From Planctomycetota bacterium (GTDB lineage: Bacteria > Planctomycetota > PLA2 > JAEUHO01): a stretch of 64,000 nucleotides of DNA. The stretch is from contig CBDCWP010000030.1 in the NCBI GenBank assembly GCA_965223505.1, forward strand, positions 96,001-160,000, in the 5' to 3' direction. Numbering within the stretch: the first letter of the stretch is position 1; each line of letters starts with the position of its first letter. A program made the position numbers and the translations under genes. Below the pieces are notes generated by a model that worked only from the letters and a program-made list of their open reading frames with translations, did no database searches and was not told the DNA's origin. This document shows positions 37,271 to 46,832 of this stretch, piece by piece.

Positions 37271-39319
37271 TTACTCGTCCTCTTCTTCGAGCATGTACGG
37301 CCAGCCCAGGCCGGACAGGTGGCGCACGTACAGCACGAGCGCCCAGTCGTCACCCATGAACAGCCGATTGCGTCTCTCGTAGGTACGGCGGAACGACTCG
37401 ATGAACTCGGCGTCGGCGCCGTTCTCGTCCTTGCCCGAGACGACGCCGTCGATGCCCTCCTTGAGCGGATGGAACAGCTTCTGCCGCGCGACCATCGCCG
37501 CGGCGTCGATCTGGTCCTGGGGCGCGCCGTCCGCCTTCAGCTGCGCCAGCGCGTCCGCTTCGTCGAACTTCTTGTCCATCTCGGCGGGCGGCATGCCGGC
37601 GCCGGCCAGCCCCGTGTAGATCGTGCGGAACAGGTCCTCGGGCGTCGCGCCGCCGCGATAGCGAAGCGCGACGATGTCGCGTTCGTTGCGCGGCACGAAG
37701 TCGCGCGGACGGATCACGCCGCCGTTGTCCTTCGTCTGTGTGTTCCACCCGGGGCCGTCGCCACGGCCCTCGGTGCCGTGGCAGTTGTTGCAGTTCATCG
37801 CCATGTAGACCGCGCGTCCGCGCGCGACGAGATCGTCGTACTCCTCGGCCGCGATGCGCGGCACGGCGGGCACTGGAACGGTCTTCGCGACGTCGTTCCA
37901 CGGCTTGCCGTAGTCGCCGCGCTTCGACTCGCGGAGAGACTTCACGTAGTCCACGACGAGCCACATCTGATCCTCGGTCAGCTTCTCACGCCAGGACGGC
38001 ATGGAGCTCCCAGGTAGTCCGCGGTAGAGCGTGCGGAAGATGTCGCCGTCGAGCGGCATCGACGCGTACGTCGTGCTTCGATAGCGATAGACACCCAACG
38101 TGAAGTTGCGGGGCCGCACGAGCAGGAACGCCGACGCGTCGCCGTTGCCACGGCCCTCGTCGCCGTGGCAGACGGCGCAGTGCTGGTCGAACAGGGCCTT
38201 GCCCTGCGTCAGCCGCTTGTCCCACGCGGGATTGGCGTCGCGCCAAGCCGCCATGAGCGCGTCGTACTCGCGCGTGTAGTTGGCCGACTCGCGCAGCGCC
38301 TCGGGCGTTGCGTTGGTGCGGTGGTAGCCGTACCGGCGGGCGGCGTTGTCGCGCTGGGGCATCATGCCGTCGCCGATCTTCGCGGTCCGCGTCTCCCACT
38401 CGTTGTCGCCGACCGCGGCCTCGTACTCGACCTCGACGCCCTTCATGGGCGGCGGATCGGCGCGCACCGCATGCACCGGCGGGACGGGCTTGCGCCAGGG
38501 GCCGATCGAGACGCCGAGACGCTGCAAGTAGGTCACGAGGTCACGCCCGTCGCGGGTGATGCGCGGGCGGGAGTCGTAGTTCGACAGCAGCCCGTCCCCG
38601 CTGTCCTCGCCGGTGAAGACGTTCTCGTACGCTCGGTTGCCGTCGGCGTCGAGCCAGATGTCGGAGCCGTCGCCGGTCTGCTTGGCCTGCGGCTCCAACA
38701 CGCCGCCGGTGTCGTACCGATCGCTCTTCATCATCTTGAGCAGGTCTTCGACCCGGTCGGCAGGCCAGAACTCGCGCGAGTCGAAGTCGCCCTTGGGCGA
38801 TACGACGCCGTCGCCGTCCGAGTCGAGCTTCGCGATCAGGGCATCGACGTCGTCGTGCCACGGGTAGTCCTTGAAGAGCCAGGGAAACGCCGGCATGACG
38901 CTGGCCTTCACGGTGTAGCGCGGGTTGTAGAGGTGGGCGATGTGCCAGTCGTCGACGCGCCGCCAGCCCTCGCGCGCCAAGTCGGGGCCGATCCGGCGGG
39001 TCGAGTACAGGTGCGGCGTGTCGATCGCGCTCTCGCCGGGCTGCGAGACGGGGCCCCAGCGGTACTCTTCGTTGTTGACCGGGCGCACGAACTGGCTGTG
39101 ACAGTGCCAGCACACCTGATTGATGTACACGTCGCGGCCGCTCGCTTCTTCCGCCGTGTACGGCGCCACGTCGACCTTGTTGCCGTGGATGTCGATCACC
39201 GTCGCCTCGTCGGCGTTGGTGAGCATCCACGGCGCCCAGACGATGATGGCGCCCGCGAAGAAGTAGCAGAAGAAGCCGGCCATGAGGGCGACGCCGCCGA
39301 AGCTCTCGAGAATCTTCAT
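37271..39319 (-). CDS. ccoO: cbb3 oxidase subunit II (CcoO) fused to a dihaem cytochrome c (three haems in total)
   Basis: GRDVYINQVCWHCHSQFVRP, RRIGPDLAR and SVMPAFPWL motifs. Additional CAVCH and CNNCH. Confidence 0.85.
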   Translation of the reverse strand: MKILESFGGVALMAGFFCYFFAGAIIVWAPWMLTNADEATVIDIHGNKVDVAPYTAEEASGRDVYINQVCWHCHSQFVRPVNNEEYRWGPVSQPGESAIDTPHLYSTRRIGPDLAREGWRRVDDWHIAHLYNPRYTVKASVMPAFPWLFKDYPWHDDVDALIAKLDSDGDGVVSPKGDFDSREFWPADRVEDLLKMMKSDRYDTGGVLEPQAKQTGDGSDIWLDADGNRAYENVFTGEDSGDGLLSNYDSRPRITRDGRDLVTYLQRLGVSIGPWRKPVPPVHAVRADPPPMKGVEVEYEAAVGDNEWETRTAKIGDGMMPQRDNAARRYGYHRTNATPEALRESANYTREYDALMAAWRDANPAWDKRLTQGKALFDQHCAVCHGDEGRGNGDASAFLLVRPRNFTLGVYRYRSTTYASMPLDGDIFRTLYRGLPGSSMPSWREKLTEDQMWLVVDYVKSLRESKRGDYGKPWNDVAKTVPVPAVPRIAAEEYDDLVARGRAVYMAMNCNNCHGTEGRGDGPGWNTQTKDNGGVIRPRDFVPRNERDIVALRYRGGATPEDLFRTIYTGLAGAGMPPAEMDKKFDEADALAQLKADGAPQDQIDAAAMVARQKLFHPLKEGIDGVVSGKDENGADAEFIESFRRTYERRNRLFMGDDWALVLYVRHLSGLGWPYMLEEEDE

Positions 39320-39328
39320 CGCTACCTC

Positions 39329-40810
39329 CTAGTTCCCAGCCGTGCCGACCGGCGAGGCGGTCAGCTCTTCGGTTTCGACCGGGTTCTGGCGGCCGTCGTG
39401 CTCCTCCTCCTCCTCGCTCAGCTTGCGACCGAGGACGAGCGTCATGACCATGTTGTAGGCGAAGAGCGCAAGACCGATGTCCATCAGCGTTCCGCCGAGC
39501 GTGCGTGCGATCCAGAGCGGCTTGATCGCGATGACGGTGTCGATCCATGGGATGTCGACCGACTGCTGCATCTCGCCCTGGACGAACCCGCTGAGGGTCA
39601 GCACGGAGAACATGAGCCCGAAGCCGACGACCTGCAGCCAGAAGTGCCAGTTGGCCAGGGCGGTCGACCACAAGCCGCGTCCGGTGACGCGCGGATAGAC
39701 GAAGTACAGCGCGGCCATGATCCAGATCGAAAACGCGCCGTAGACCGCACTGTGCGCGTGGCCGACGTTGTAGTCACCGAAGTGCGTCAGCTCCTGCATC
39801 TCGCGAAACGCCTGCGTCGGCCCCTGAATGCAAGTGAGCAGGTACCAGAGCGCGCCGAGGATGCCGAACTTCACGGCGAAGTTGTAGCCGGTGAACTTGC
39901 GCCACTGGCCGATCATCGTGCCCCACATGTTCGCGGTGAACGCCAGCACGGGCAGAAGCAGCATGAGCGACGCGCCGATCGCGATCGTCTGCGCCCAGTC
40001 CGCGATCGGGCTGTAGATGTAGTGGTGCACGCCGTTGAAGGGGTAGAAGAACGCGAGCCCCCAGAACCCGATCAACGACAACGTGTGGCTCCACAGCTTG
40101 TTGCGCGCCGCGATCGGAAGGATGTAGTAGATGACGCCGATCCCCATGGGCGTGATCCACAGGCCGACGACGTTGTGCAGGTAGAAGCCGTGCAGCGCGG
40201 CGCTCGTCGCGCCGGTCGGGCCGCTCGGAAGCACCAGATTGCCGAGCGGGAGGTTGATGCCGGTCCACAGCAGGCCTGCGCTCCAATACCAGAGCGACAC
40301 GTACATGCGCTTGATGCGCCGCTTCGCGATCGTCCCTAGGTAGACCGACATCAGCGTGATGAAGGCCGCCGTGAGGGTGAGATCGATCGCGGTCCCGTAC
40401 TCGCCCGCCTCGATGGCCTGGATGTAGCCGCCGAGGAGAGCGCTCTCGCCGGCGAGCACGCCGACATTGAACACGACCATCCCGATCCACGCGGCACGGA
40501 TGTTCACCAGCGGACGCCCGGTCAGCTTGGGCACCGCGTACGTCATGAAGCCGAAGATGCCGCTGCTGAAGAGCCCGAACACGACCCCGTTCACGTGCGC
40601 GATCCGCAGGCGCCCGAACTGCAACCACTCGACGTTGCGCAGGAACTCCGGGTCGTCGAGCTTCTGCGCCGCGATCAGACCGAAGACCGGCGCCACCACC
40701 ATCCAGAACAGGGTGAAGCCGAACCACGCCCTGACGAGCTTCTTGTCGACCAGCGGCTGCCCGGTGGGTGTCGGCAGGTTCGCCGGCACCGCGGTTGCTG
40801 CGTCAGCCAT
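39329..40810 (-). CDS. ccoN: cbb3-type cytochrome c oxidase subunit I
   Basis: FGRLRIAHVN, HNVVGLW, FYPFNGVHH (helix VII Tyr) and VGHAH motifs. About 12 TM helices. Confidence 0.92.
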   Translation of the reverse strand: MADAATAVPANLPTPTGQPLVDKKLVRAWFGFTLFWMVVAPVFGLIAAQKLDDPEFLRNVEWLQFGRLRIAHVNGVVFGLFSSGIFGFMTYAVPKLTGRPLVNIRAAWIGMVVFNVGVLAGESALLGGYIQAIEAGEYGTAIDLTLTAAFITLMSVYLGTIAKRRIKRMYVSLWYWSAGLLWTGINLPLGNLVLPSGPTGATSAALHGFYLHNVVGLWITPMGIGVIYYILPIAARNKLWSHTLSLIGFWGLAFFYPFNGVHHYIYSPIADWAQTIAIGASLMLLLPVLAFTANMWGTMIGQWRKFTGYNFAVKFGILGALWYLLTCIQGPTQAFREMQELTHFGDYNVGHAHSAVYGAFSIWIMAALYFVYPRVTGRGLWSTALANWHFWLQVVGFGLMFSVLTLSGFVQGEMQQSVDIPWIDTVIAIKPLWIARTLGGTLMDIGLALFAYNMVMTLVLGRKLSEEEEEHDGRQNPVETEELTASPVGTAGN

Positions 40811-40915
40811 GAGCCATGCTCCGATCCTCTCGCGTCACGCCCGGCGTCGTCGCCGGTGCGCGCGCTTCGAACTACCCTCGACGGCCGCCTCCGCGGCCGT
40901 CTCCCATTTCGTGCG

Positions 40916-41923
40916 CTACGGCGCGGGAATCGCGAAGTCGACCTCCGACGTTCCGCCTGCCGATACCGTGACCTTCTTCACGACCTCGATGTCGGGGCCG
41001 TAGTCGTAGCCGGAGATCTCCCCGGCCTTCATCTGCGGGACCTCCTGCATGCCCTCGTGCCAGCAGACGATCTCGTAGTCGCCCGGCGGCACGTCATCGA
41101 GGGTGTAGGCCCCGTCCATGTCCGTCACGAAGAAGTACGGATGCTTGATCACCATGACGTAGGCGTTCATCCACGGATGAACGTCGCACCCCATGATGTA
41201 CTTCGCCGCCTTCTTCAGATACGCGTCGCCCGTGTCCATCTCGACCGAGTTCGCCTGCGTGAAGAAGTTGAACTGCGTCGTCTGCAGCGTCTCGCGGTAG
41301 CCATGGATGTTGTGAACGACCGCGTCCGAGTTCTTCACGTTGAGCTGTGTCTTGTCGCGCACCGGCAGGATGTGCGGAACGTACATGCACTCGACCTGGT
41401 CGAGCATCGCGGAGCGCTCGCTCTTCGCCATCTCGCCGGTCCACTTCTTCCCCTCGCCGATGTCGCGCAGGAACACGAAGCAGTTCTTCACGGTCAGCTT
41501 GCCGGCGTCGAAGACCATGCGCTCCGACGGGTGCTGCTCGTGCTTGCAAGGCGCGACATCCTTCGAGACGGGCACGGGCTTGAGCGGCGTCGGCGCCTTG
41601 TCGAACTTGCAGACTCCCTTGATCGTGCCGCCGTTCGCGACCTCGATCTCCTTGTACTTGCCGCGGCTCGGCTTGCGGGACGGCCCGGGCTTCTTGGGCG
41701 ACGTGGACGGGCGAACGGGCTTCGTCGCGCCCGCAGCGGGCTTCACCGGCGCTGCGGACGCCATCCCGGGGCCGACCGAGCCGCCGCCGTACTCGGTGTT
41801 GTCGACGACGCCGTAGCGTCGAACGCCCTCGCTGTCCTCGCTGTACGAGCTGTCGTTCCCGCACGCCGTCAGCAGCACGATCGCGACCACCAGCGCAACG
41901 ATGAATAGGAGTCTGTTGTTCAT
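40916..41923 (-). CDS. Lipoprotein: cupredoxin-like domain within carboxypeptidase-regulatory-like beta domain (paralogue 2)
   Basis: Lipobox LTAC. DQVECMYVPH, NSDAVVHNIH, CDVHPWM and PPGDYEIVCWHE motifs. Confidence 0.8.
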   Translation of the reverse strand: MNNRLLFIVALVVAIVLLTACGNDSSYSEDSEGVRRYGVVDNTEYGGGSVGPGMASAAPVKPAAGATKPVRPSTSPKKPGPSRKPSRGKYKEIEVANGGTIKGVCKFDKAPTPLKPVPVSKDVAPCKHEQHPSERMVFDAGKLTVKNCFVFLRDIGEGKKWTGEMAKSERSAMLDQVECMYVPHILPVRDKTQLNVKNSDAVVHNIHGYRETLQTTQFNFFTQANSVEMDTGDAYLKKAAKYIMGCDVHPWMNAYVMVIKHPYFFVTDMDGAYTLDDVPPGDYEIVCWHEGMQEVPQMKAGEISGYDYGPDIEVVKKVTVSAGGTSEVDFAIPAP

Positions 41924-41933
41924 AGTCCTGCTC

Positions 41934-42917
41934 TCACTTCGGCGCAGCCGGCGTCGGGATCTCGAAGCTCACCTTGGCCGTGGCGCCCGGCTTCACGTCG
42001 ACTTCGCGGTCCTCCTCGAAGTCGTCGCCGTAGTCGTATCCGCTGATCGCCCCCGCGCTGTAGAGCGCGACCTCCTGCATGCCCTCGTGCCAACACCGCA
42101 ACGTGTACGTGCCCGGTGGCACGTTCTCGATACGGAATGTCCCGTCTTTGGCCGTGACCGAGAAGTACGGGTGCGAGAAGACCCAGACGTAGGCGTTCAT
42201 CCACGGATGGATGTCGCAGCCGACGATGTACTTGTCCGGCTTCGTCAGGAAGGCGTCGCCGACGTCGGCCTCGAAGGAGTTGGGCTGCGTGAAGAAGTTC
42301 GACTGCGTCATCGCGAGCGAACCCTTGTAGACGTGGATGTTGTGCACGACGACGTCGGAGTTCCTGACGTTCACCTGCGTCTTCGCGCGCACCGAGAGGA
42401 TGTGCGGAACGTACTTGCACTCCCGCTGGTCGATGACCGCGGTGCGGTCCTTCAGCGCGAGGTCGCCGGTCCAGTCCTTGCCTTCGCTGATGTCGACGAG
42501 CGAGATGACGCAATTCGCGACGCCCAGCGTCTGCGCGTCGAACACGACACGCTCCGAAGGATGCGACGTGTGCCGGCAGCCTTCTTCGTCCTTGCTCACC
42601 GGGACGCTCCAGACCGAAGGGGCCGACGCGAAGCGCACCGTACCCTCGATCGTTCCGCCTTCCTCCACCTCGATCACGGTGTAGCGACCGCCGCGAGCCG
42701 AACCGCTCCGGCGCCGCTTCGGCGACGTCGTCGCCGCACCGTCGATGGCCGCGCTCACGTCGCCGCCGGCGCCGTGCCCCACGAGCGGGACGAGGCCGTG
42801 CGGGTCCGCCGCCGCGCCGTCCGTCTCCGCATTCAGGAAGTGCGCGACGACGAAGGCCAGCAGGAACACGCCGGCCAGCACGAGCGATTGACGATTGCGT
42901 GCGAGGAACGAGCTCAT
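41934..42917 (-). CDS. Membrane-anchored/secreted cupredoxin-like protein (paralogue 1)
   Basis: N-terminal hydrophobic helix. DQRECKYVPH, NSDVVVHNIH and CDIHPWM motifs. Clearly similar to 40916-41923. Confidence 0.8.
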   Translation of the reverse strand: MSSFLARNRQSLVLAGVFLLAFVVAHFLNAETDGAAADPHGLVPLVGHGAGGDVSAAIDGAATTSPKRRRSGSARGGRYTVIEVEEGGTIEGTVRFASAPSVWSVPVSKDEEGCRHTSHPSERVVFDAQTLGVANCVISLVDISEGKDWTGDLALKDRTAVIDQRECKYVPHILSVRAKTQVNVRNSDVVVHNIHVYKGSLAMTQSNFFTQPNSFEADVGDAFLTKPDKYIVGCDIHPWMNAYVWVFSHPYFSVTAKDGTFRIENVPPGTYTLRCWHEGMQEVALYSAGAISGYDYGDDFEEDREVDVKPGATAKVSFEIPTPAAPK

Positions 42918-42921
42918 GGGA

Positions 42922-45900
42922 TCACTTCGGCGTGGAAGGCGGCGTGTAGTGGTAGAGGACGTAGTCGGTCAGCGCTTCCATCTGCACGTTGGCGAGAATG
43001 GCCTCGGCCTTGGCGCGCAACGCCGGGTCGCCGGAGTTGTACATGCCCTGCCACTCGGGATCGTCACGCAGGTGGAACTCGAACACCTGGTACTGCAGGT
43101 CGCACGAGCGGCCCCCGTCGCGCTTGAGGGGGTACACGTTCGGCATCTTCGTACCGTTGATCAGGTGCTGCGGGTTGTTCAACAGCATGCGCACCCAGGC
43201 GTGACGTAGCCGCTCGGCGGAGTGACCGAACGAGGGGGCGACGCCGCCGTCGTTGGGATCCGCGCCGGGCATGCCCTTCGGCAGGTGGCACTTGTTGCAG
43301 TTGATGACGTTGAAGAGCGTTCGCGCCTCTTCTACGGCGTTCGACACGACCCCGTGGACGTCGCCGACGTTCTTGCGGCACTCGAGCTTGACCGGCTGGT
43401 CGTACTCGACGCCCTCGAGACGGCTGCCCGGCTGCGGGATGACCATGCGCTGATCGCTTCCGGCCAGCCGCAGGAAGTAGTTCGCGAGCGCGATGGCCTC
43501 GTCGTCGTTCAGCCCGAACTTGGGCATGTGCACCTCGACGATGGGCCGCAGCGGGATCGGATGCTGCAGGAACCGCACGAGCCACTCCGACCGCGTTCGC
43601 CATCCCTGCGCGAAGAGGTTCGGCGGCAGCGTCGCCGGGTCCATGCCCTGCTCGACACGCTTGCCCCATAGGTAGCCCTGCTTGCCCTCGATCGTGTGGC
43701 AGTTGTTGCAACCGTAGCGTTTCACCACCTTGCGTCCGGCGATGATGTCGCGCTCGTAGTCGCCGGGCTGGTAGATCGCCCCCGGCTTGATCGGCTCTTC
43801 GACCAGCCCGAGCACGACGCCCGTCACGGCGCCACGGGTCGAGATCGCCTTCGTCTCGTTGCCGTCCGCGTCCGAGATCCAAAGATCGTCGTCCATGCGC
43901 AGGTTGAAACGCGGCATCCGCAGCTTGTCGACCCAGCGCAGCTGCTTGCCGTAGTCCCACACCCGCGGGTAGGTGATCTTCGTGCGGAAGAAGTCGTAGC
44001 GCGTGTGCGGCGCGAGCGGCACTGTCTTCTTGCGCGTCGTCTTGTTGCCGTCGGCGTCACGTTCGGCGACGTCGATGACGGCGTACTTCGGCACGCGCCC
44101 GAAGTCGAGCTGGTGGATGTCCTTGATGCCTTCCTTCGTGAGCTCGGTGCCGATGGGCATCTCGTGCTCGCGGCCGGCGACCTCGTGGCATCCGAAGCAG
44201 CCCTTCCGCGCCATCAGCCGTTCGCCGATGATCGCGAGGACCGTCTCGAGACGGTTCGGATCGCTCAGGTCGCCGATCTCGCCCTCGACCACGCCTGGCC
44301 GCTTCGACCGGCCGGATGCGTCCTTCGAGAAGAACTCCTCCCACATCTCGCGCACGATCTTTTCGTACGACTTCTTGAACGGCGACGTCGGGATCTCGTC
44401 GAACTCCGCGTCCTCGAACGAGATCAGGTAGTCGATGATGTCGGCGCGCTGTTGCTCGGCCGAGTACACGACGTTGCCGTCGAGGTCCTTGTCGTCCTCG
44501 ATGCGCATGTTGGGCATGCGCGTGTGCGCCGTGTAGTGACGCGGGTCGGCCAGCCACGCGTTGAGCCAGCGGCGGTCCTTGAGCTTGCTTCCGAGGGACG
44601 TCAGCCGCGGCCCACGGTGGATCGGCGGCTCGTGGTCGAAGCGGGCGGAGCCGTCCTCTTCGTAGACGGCGTTGCCCTCCGCGTCGTAGCCCGTGCGGAA
44701 CTCGGGCACGATGTGACAGGCGACGCAGCCCAGCCGGTTGACCAGATCACGCCCCTTGTCGGGGTCGCCCTTCGGCGGATCGATCGTGTAGAGCGGGTCG
44801 TAGCCGGGATCGGTCGGGTCGGAGCGCGAGCGCAGCCGGCCGGACGGCGCGCGTTGATTCAGCAGGTACGCGACGAGCGCGCGGATCTCGATGTCCGTCA
44901 GCGCCTCGTCGTGCGGCGTCGAGATGACGCCCAGCGCCTGGCTGAAGCGGCCGTCGCCGTAGAAGCTGTCCAGCAGGTGGGCGTCCTTGACCGGCAACGT
45001 GACGCGCTTGCCGTCCTTGTCGAGCGGGAAGTAGTTCCACTCGTGGTCCTTCAACGTGAACTCGTAGAAGGACGGCATCGGCGTGTCGACCCGGTACATG
45101 TCCGGATGCCGGATCCACTTGTCGATGAACGCGCGCGTCATCTTGTCGCGCACGTACGTCAGCGTGGGACCGACGCGCGGCGGCTGCTCGTAGCCGACCT
45201 GCTCGCCGAAGTCCTTGATCTTGTGGCAGCCGATGCAGCCGTACGACGTCATCGTGTCGTAGCCGCGCTCGAACGATGCCGCGCGCCAGCCATAGGTGGG
45301 AACGAACGCGTCGCGGTAGCGCCCGCCGTCCTCCTGCGCGCCCATGTGCTCCTTGAGCCAGAGACGTGTCTCGGCTGCGACCTTCTCGGGGTTGCCGTCC
45401 ACCGGCGGCGGCGCGGTCGGCAGCGCGTAGTCGCCGAACACCTCGAGCGGCGTGAGCTTGCGATCCTCGGGGCCCAGGTAGCGCTCGTCGTCGGGCGAAA
45501 AGAGACGCTGCGCGACGGTGCCGGCGGGATCGTCGTCGACGAAGCCGTGATCGAGGCTCTCGTCGTAATGCGGCGGATAGAACAGGCCCGCCTTGTGGCA
45601 CTTGAAGCACATGCCCTGGGTGTATTCCAGCGGCAACATCGGGTAGTCGATGTACTTCGCCTTGTACCAGCCGTGCGCCTCCTCCCAGTGCGCCTTCTGT
45701 TCGGCGGAGATCGGCGTGTGCGCGACGCGCGCGAAGTGCACGGCCCAGCCCACGCCGTGATGGCACACCGTGCAGCCGAACCGCTCGGTCGGGTGCGGGC
45801 TGCTGGTGCCGGCGATCAACGACGCGTGCGAGTGCTCGCGCATGTACGCGGGCACGTCGATCTCGTTCTCACCCGCTTCACGGCGGCGCGCGTTCAGCGC

Positions 45901-46818
45901 GTCGACGGCGTCGTCACTGAAGTCGGGAATGTCGATGCCGAGATGGCAGGTCATGCACCGGTCCACCTTCACGTTCGTCGCGAAGTTCCAGTTGTCGTGG
46001 ATGTCGTTGAGCACGACCTGGCGGATCTTGATCGTCGGCGAGATGAAGTCGATGAAGGGCGCGTTGCGCCACTGGTTGCGCTGGTACTGCTGCTTGACGC
46101 CCTCGACCTTCGTCTGCTGCTTCGTGTACTCCTCTTTGGCCAGCTCGATCGCCTTGTCGGCCTCGACGAGCGGGCGCTCCATCGCCCTGATCTTGTCGTT
46201 GAGATCCTGGTAGTCCACGACGAGGTCCTTGTACTCGATCTCCGCCATGTACCAGTCGTGCGCGAGGCGGTTCAGCTCGTCCTTGCGGGCCTCCATCTCC
46301 TCCTTCGCGCTCTCGAGATCGCCCTGGGTGTACAGATCGCTCTGATCCTCCAGCGCTTCGGCGATCTCCTTGACGCGCAGCCGCGCCATCACGAACTCGT
46401 AGTTGGCGGGCGCGTGCAGGCCCTTGATCCCCTTGAACGTCCGGTCCGCAGCGATGCGGTCCTTCTTCAGCGCATGCAGCTCTTCCTTGAGCCGGTCGAT
46501 CTCCGCCTGGTCGTAGGGGATGTCCGGGTGCTTGCCCGCGGCGATCGCATTGCGTGTCTTGCCGAGCGCCGTGATCTCGTCGTCCGGGAGCTCGCGCTTC
46601 AGGTGCGTGAGTCGCGCCTCCTCCATCTCGACCATCTTGTCGTAGAAGTCGGCCTGGTAGTCCTTCCACGGCCGGTCGTAGTCCTTCCAGAGCATCCACA
46701 CCCACGAGATGACGAGGAAGACGCTGGTGACAGCCATCCAGAAGCTGAGCTTCCCGGGCTTGTACAGCGACTCCTTGTCGCGGTTCTTGCGAGAGGCAGG
46801 CTTGGTTTGCGCAGGCAT
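42922..46818 (-). CDS. Membrane-anchored octahaem cytochrome c with coiled-coil stalk (cytochrome c subunit of Rieske/cytb complex)
   Basis: GGGAGA RBS before ATG 46818. One TM helix. CxxCH x8: CMTCH, CTVCH, CFKCH, CIGCH, CVACH, CFGCH, CNNCH, CNKCH. Confidence 0.88.
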   Translation of the reverse strand: MPAQTKPASRKNRDKESLYKPGKLSFWMAVTSVFLVISWVWMLWKDYDRPWKDYQADFYDKMVEMEEARLTHLKRELPDDEITALGKTRNAIAAGKHPDIPYDQAEIDRLKEELHALKKDRIAADRTFKGIKGLHAPANYEFVMARLRVKEIAEALEDQSDLYTQGDLESAKEEMEARKDELNRLAHDWYMAEIEYKDLVVDYQDLNDKIRAMERPLVEADKAIELAKEEYTKQQTKVEGVKQQYQRNQWRNAPFIDFISPTIKIRQVVLNDIHDNWNFATNVKVDRCMTCHLGIDIPDFSDDAVDALNARRREAGENEIDVPAYMREHSHASLIAGTSSPHPTERFGCTVCHHGVGWAVHFARVAHTPISAEQKAHWEEAHGWYKAKYIDYPMLPLEYTQGMCFKCHKAGLFYPPHYDESLDHGFVDDDPAGTVAQRLFSPDDERYLGPEDRKLTPLEVFGDYALPTAPPPVDGNPEKVAAETRLWLKEHMGAQEDGGRYRDAFVPTYGWRAASFERGYDTMTSYGCIGCHKIKDFGEQVGYEQPPRVGPTLTYVRDKMTRAFIDKWIRHPDMYRVDTPMPSFYEFTLKDHEWNYFPLDKDGKRVTLPVKDAHLLDSFYGDGRFSQALGVISTPHDEALTDIEIRALVAYLLNQRAPSGRLRSRSDPTDPGYDPLYTIDPPKGDPDKGRDLVNRLGCVACHIVPEFRTGYDAEGNAVYEEDGSARFDHEPPIHRGPRLTSLGSKLKDRRWLNAWLADPRHYTAHTRMPNMRIEDDKDLDGNVVYSAEQQRADIIDYLISFEDAEFDEIPTSPFKKSYEKIVREMWEEFFSKDASGRSKRPGVVEGEIGDLSDPNRLETVLAIIGERLMARKGCFGCHEVAGREHEMPIGTELTKEGIKDIHQLDFGRVPKYAVIDVAERDADGNKTTRKKTVPLAPHTRYDFFRTKITYPRVWDYGKQLRWVDKLRMPRFNLRMDDDLWISDADGNETKAISTRGAVTGVVLGLVEEPIKPGAIYQPGDYERDIIAGRKVVKRYGCNNCHTIEGKQGYLWGKRVEQGMDPATLPPNLFAQGWRTRSEWLVRFLQHPIPLRPIVEVHMPKFGLNDDEAIALANYFLRLAGSDQRMVIPQPGSRLEGVEYDQPVKLECRKNVGDVHGVVSNAVEEARTLFNVINCNKCHLPKGMPGADPNDGGVAPSFGHSAERLRHAWVRMLLNNPQHLINGTKMPNVYPLKRDGGRSCDLQYQVFEFHLRDDPEWQGMYNSGDPALRAKAEAILANVQMEALTDYVLYHYTPPSTPK

Positions 46819-46832
46819 GCGTCTCCCTTCCG

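Noticed and set aside
39329..40810. Nitric oxide reductase NorB alternative for the haem-copper subunit
   Set aside because: It has HNxVG and the helix VII Tyr and is flanked by ccoO/I/S, which supports cbb3 oxidase.
40880..40901. 9-bp hairpin between the cupredoxin gene and ccoN as a terminator
   Set aside because: No U-tract, and such stems arise easily at this GC content.
42922..46818. Hydroxylamine/hydrazine oxidoreductase or anammox marker
   Set aside because: Eight haems alone are not diagnostic. The spacing and context fit a Rieske/cytb cytochrome subunit, and no hzs/hao-like genes are seen.
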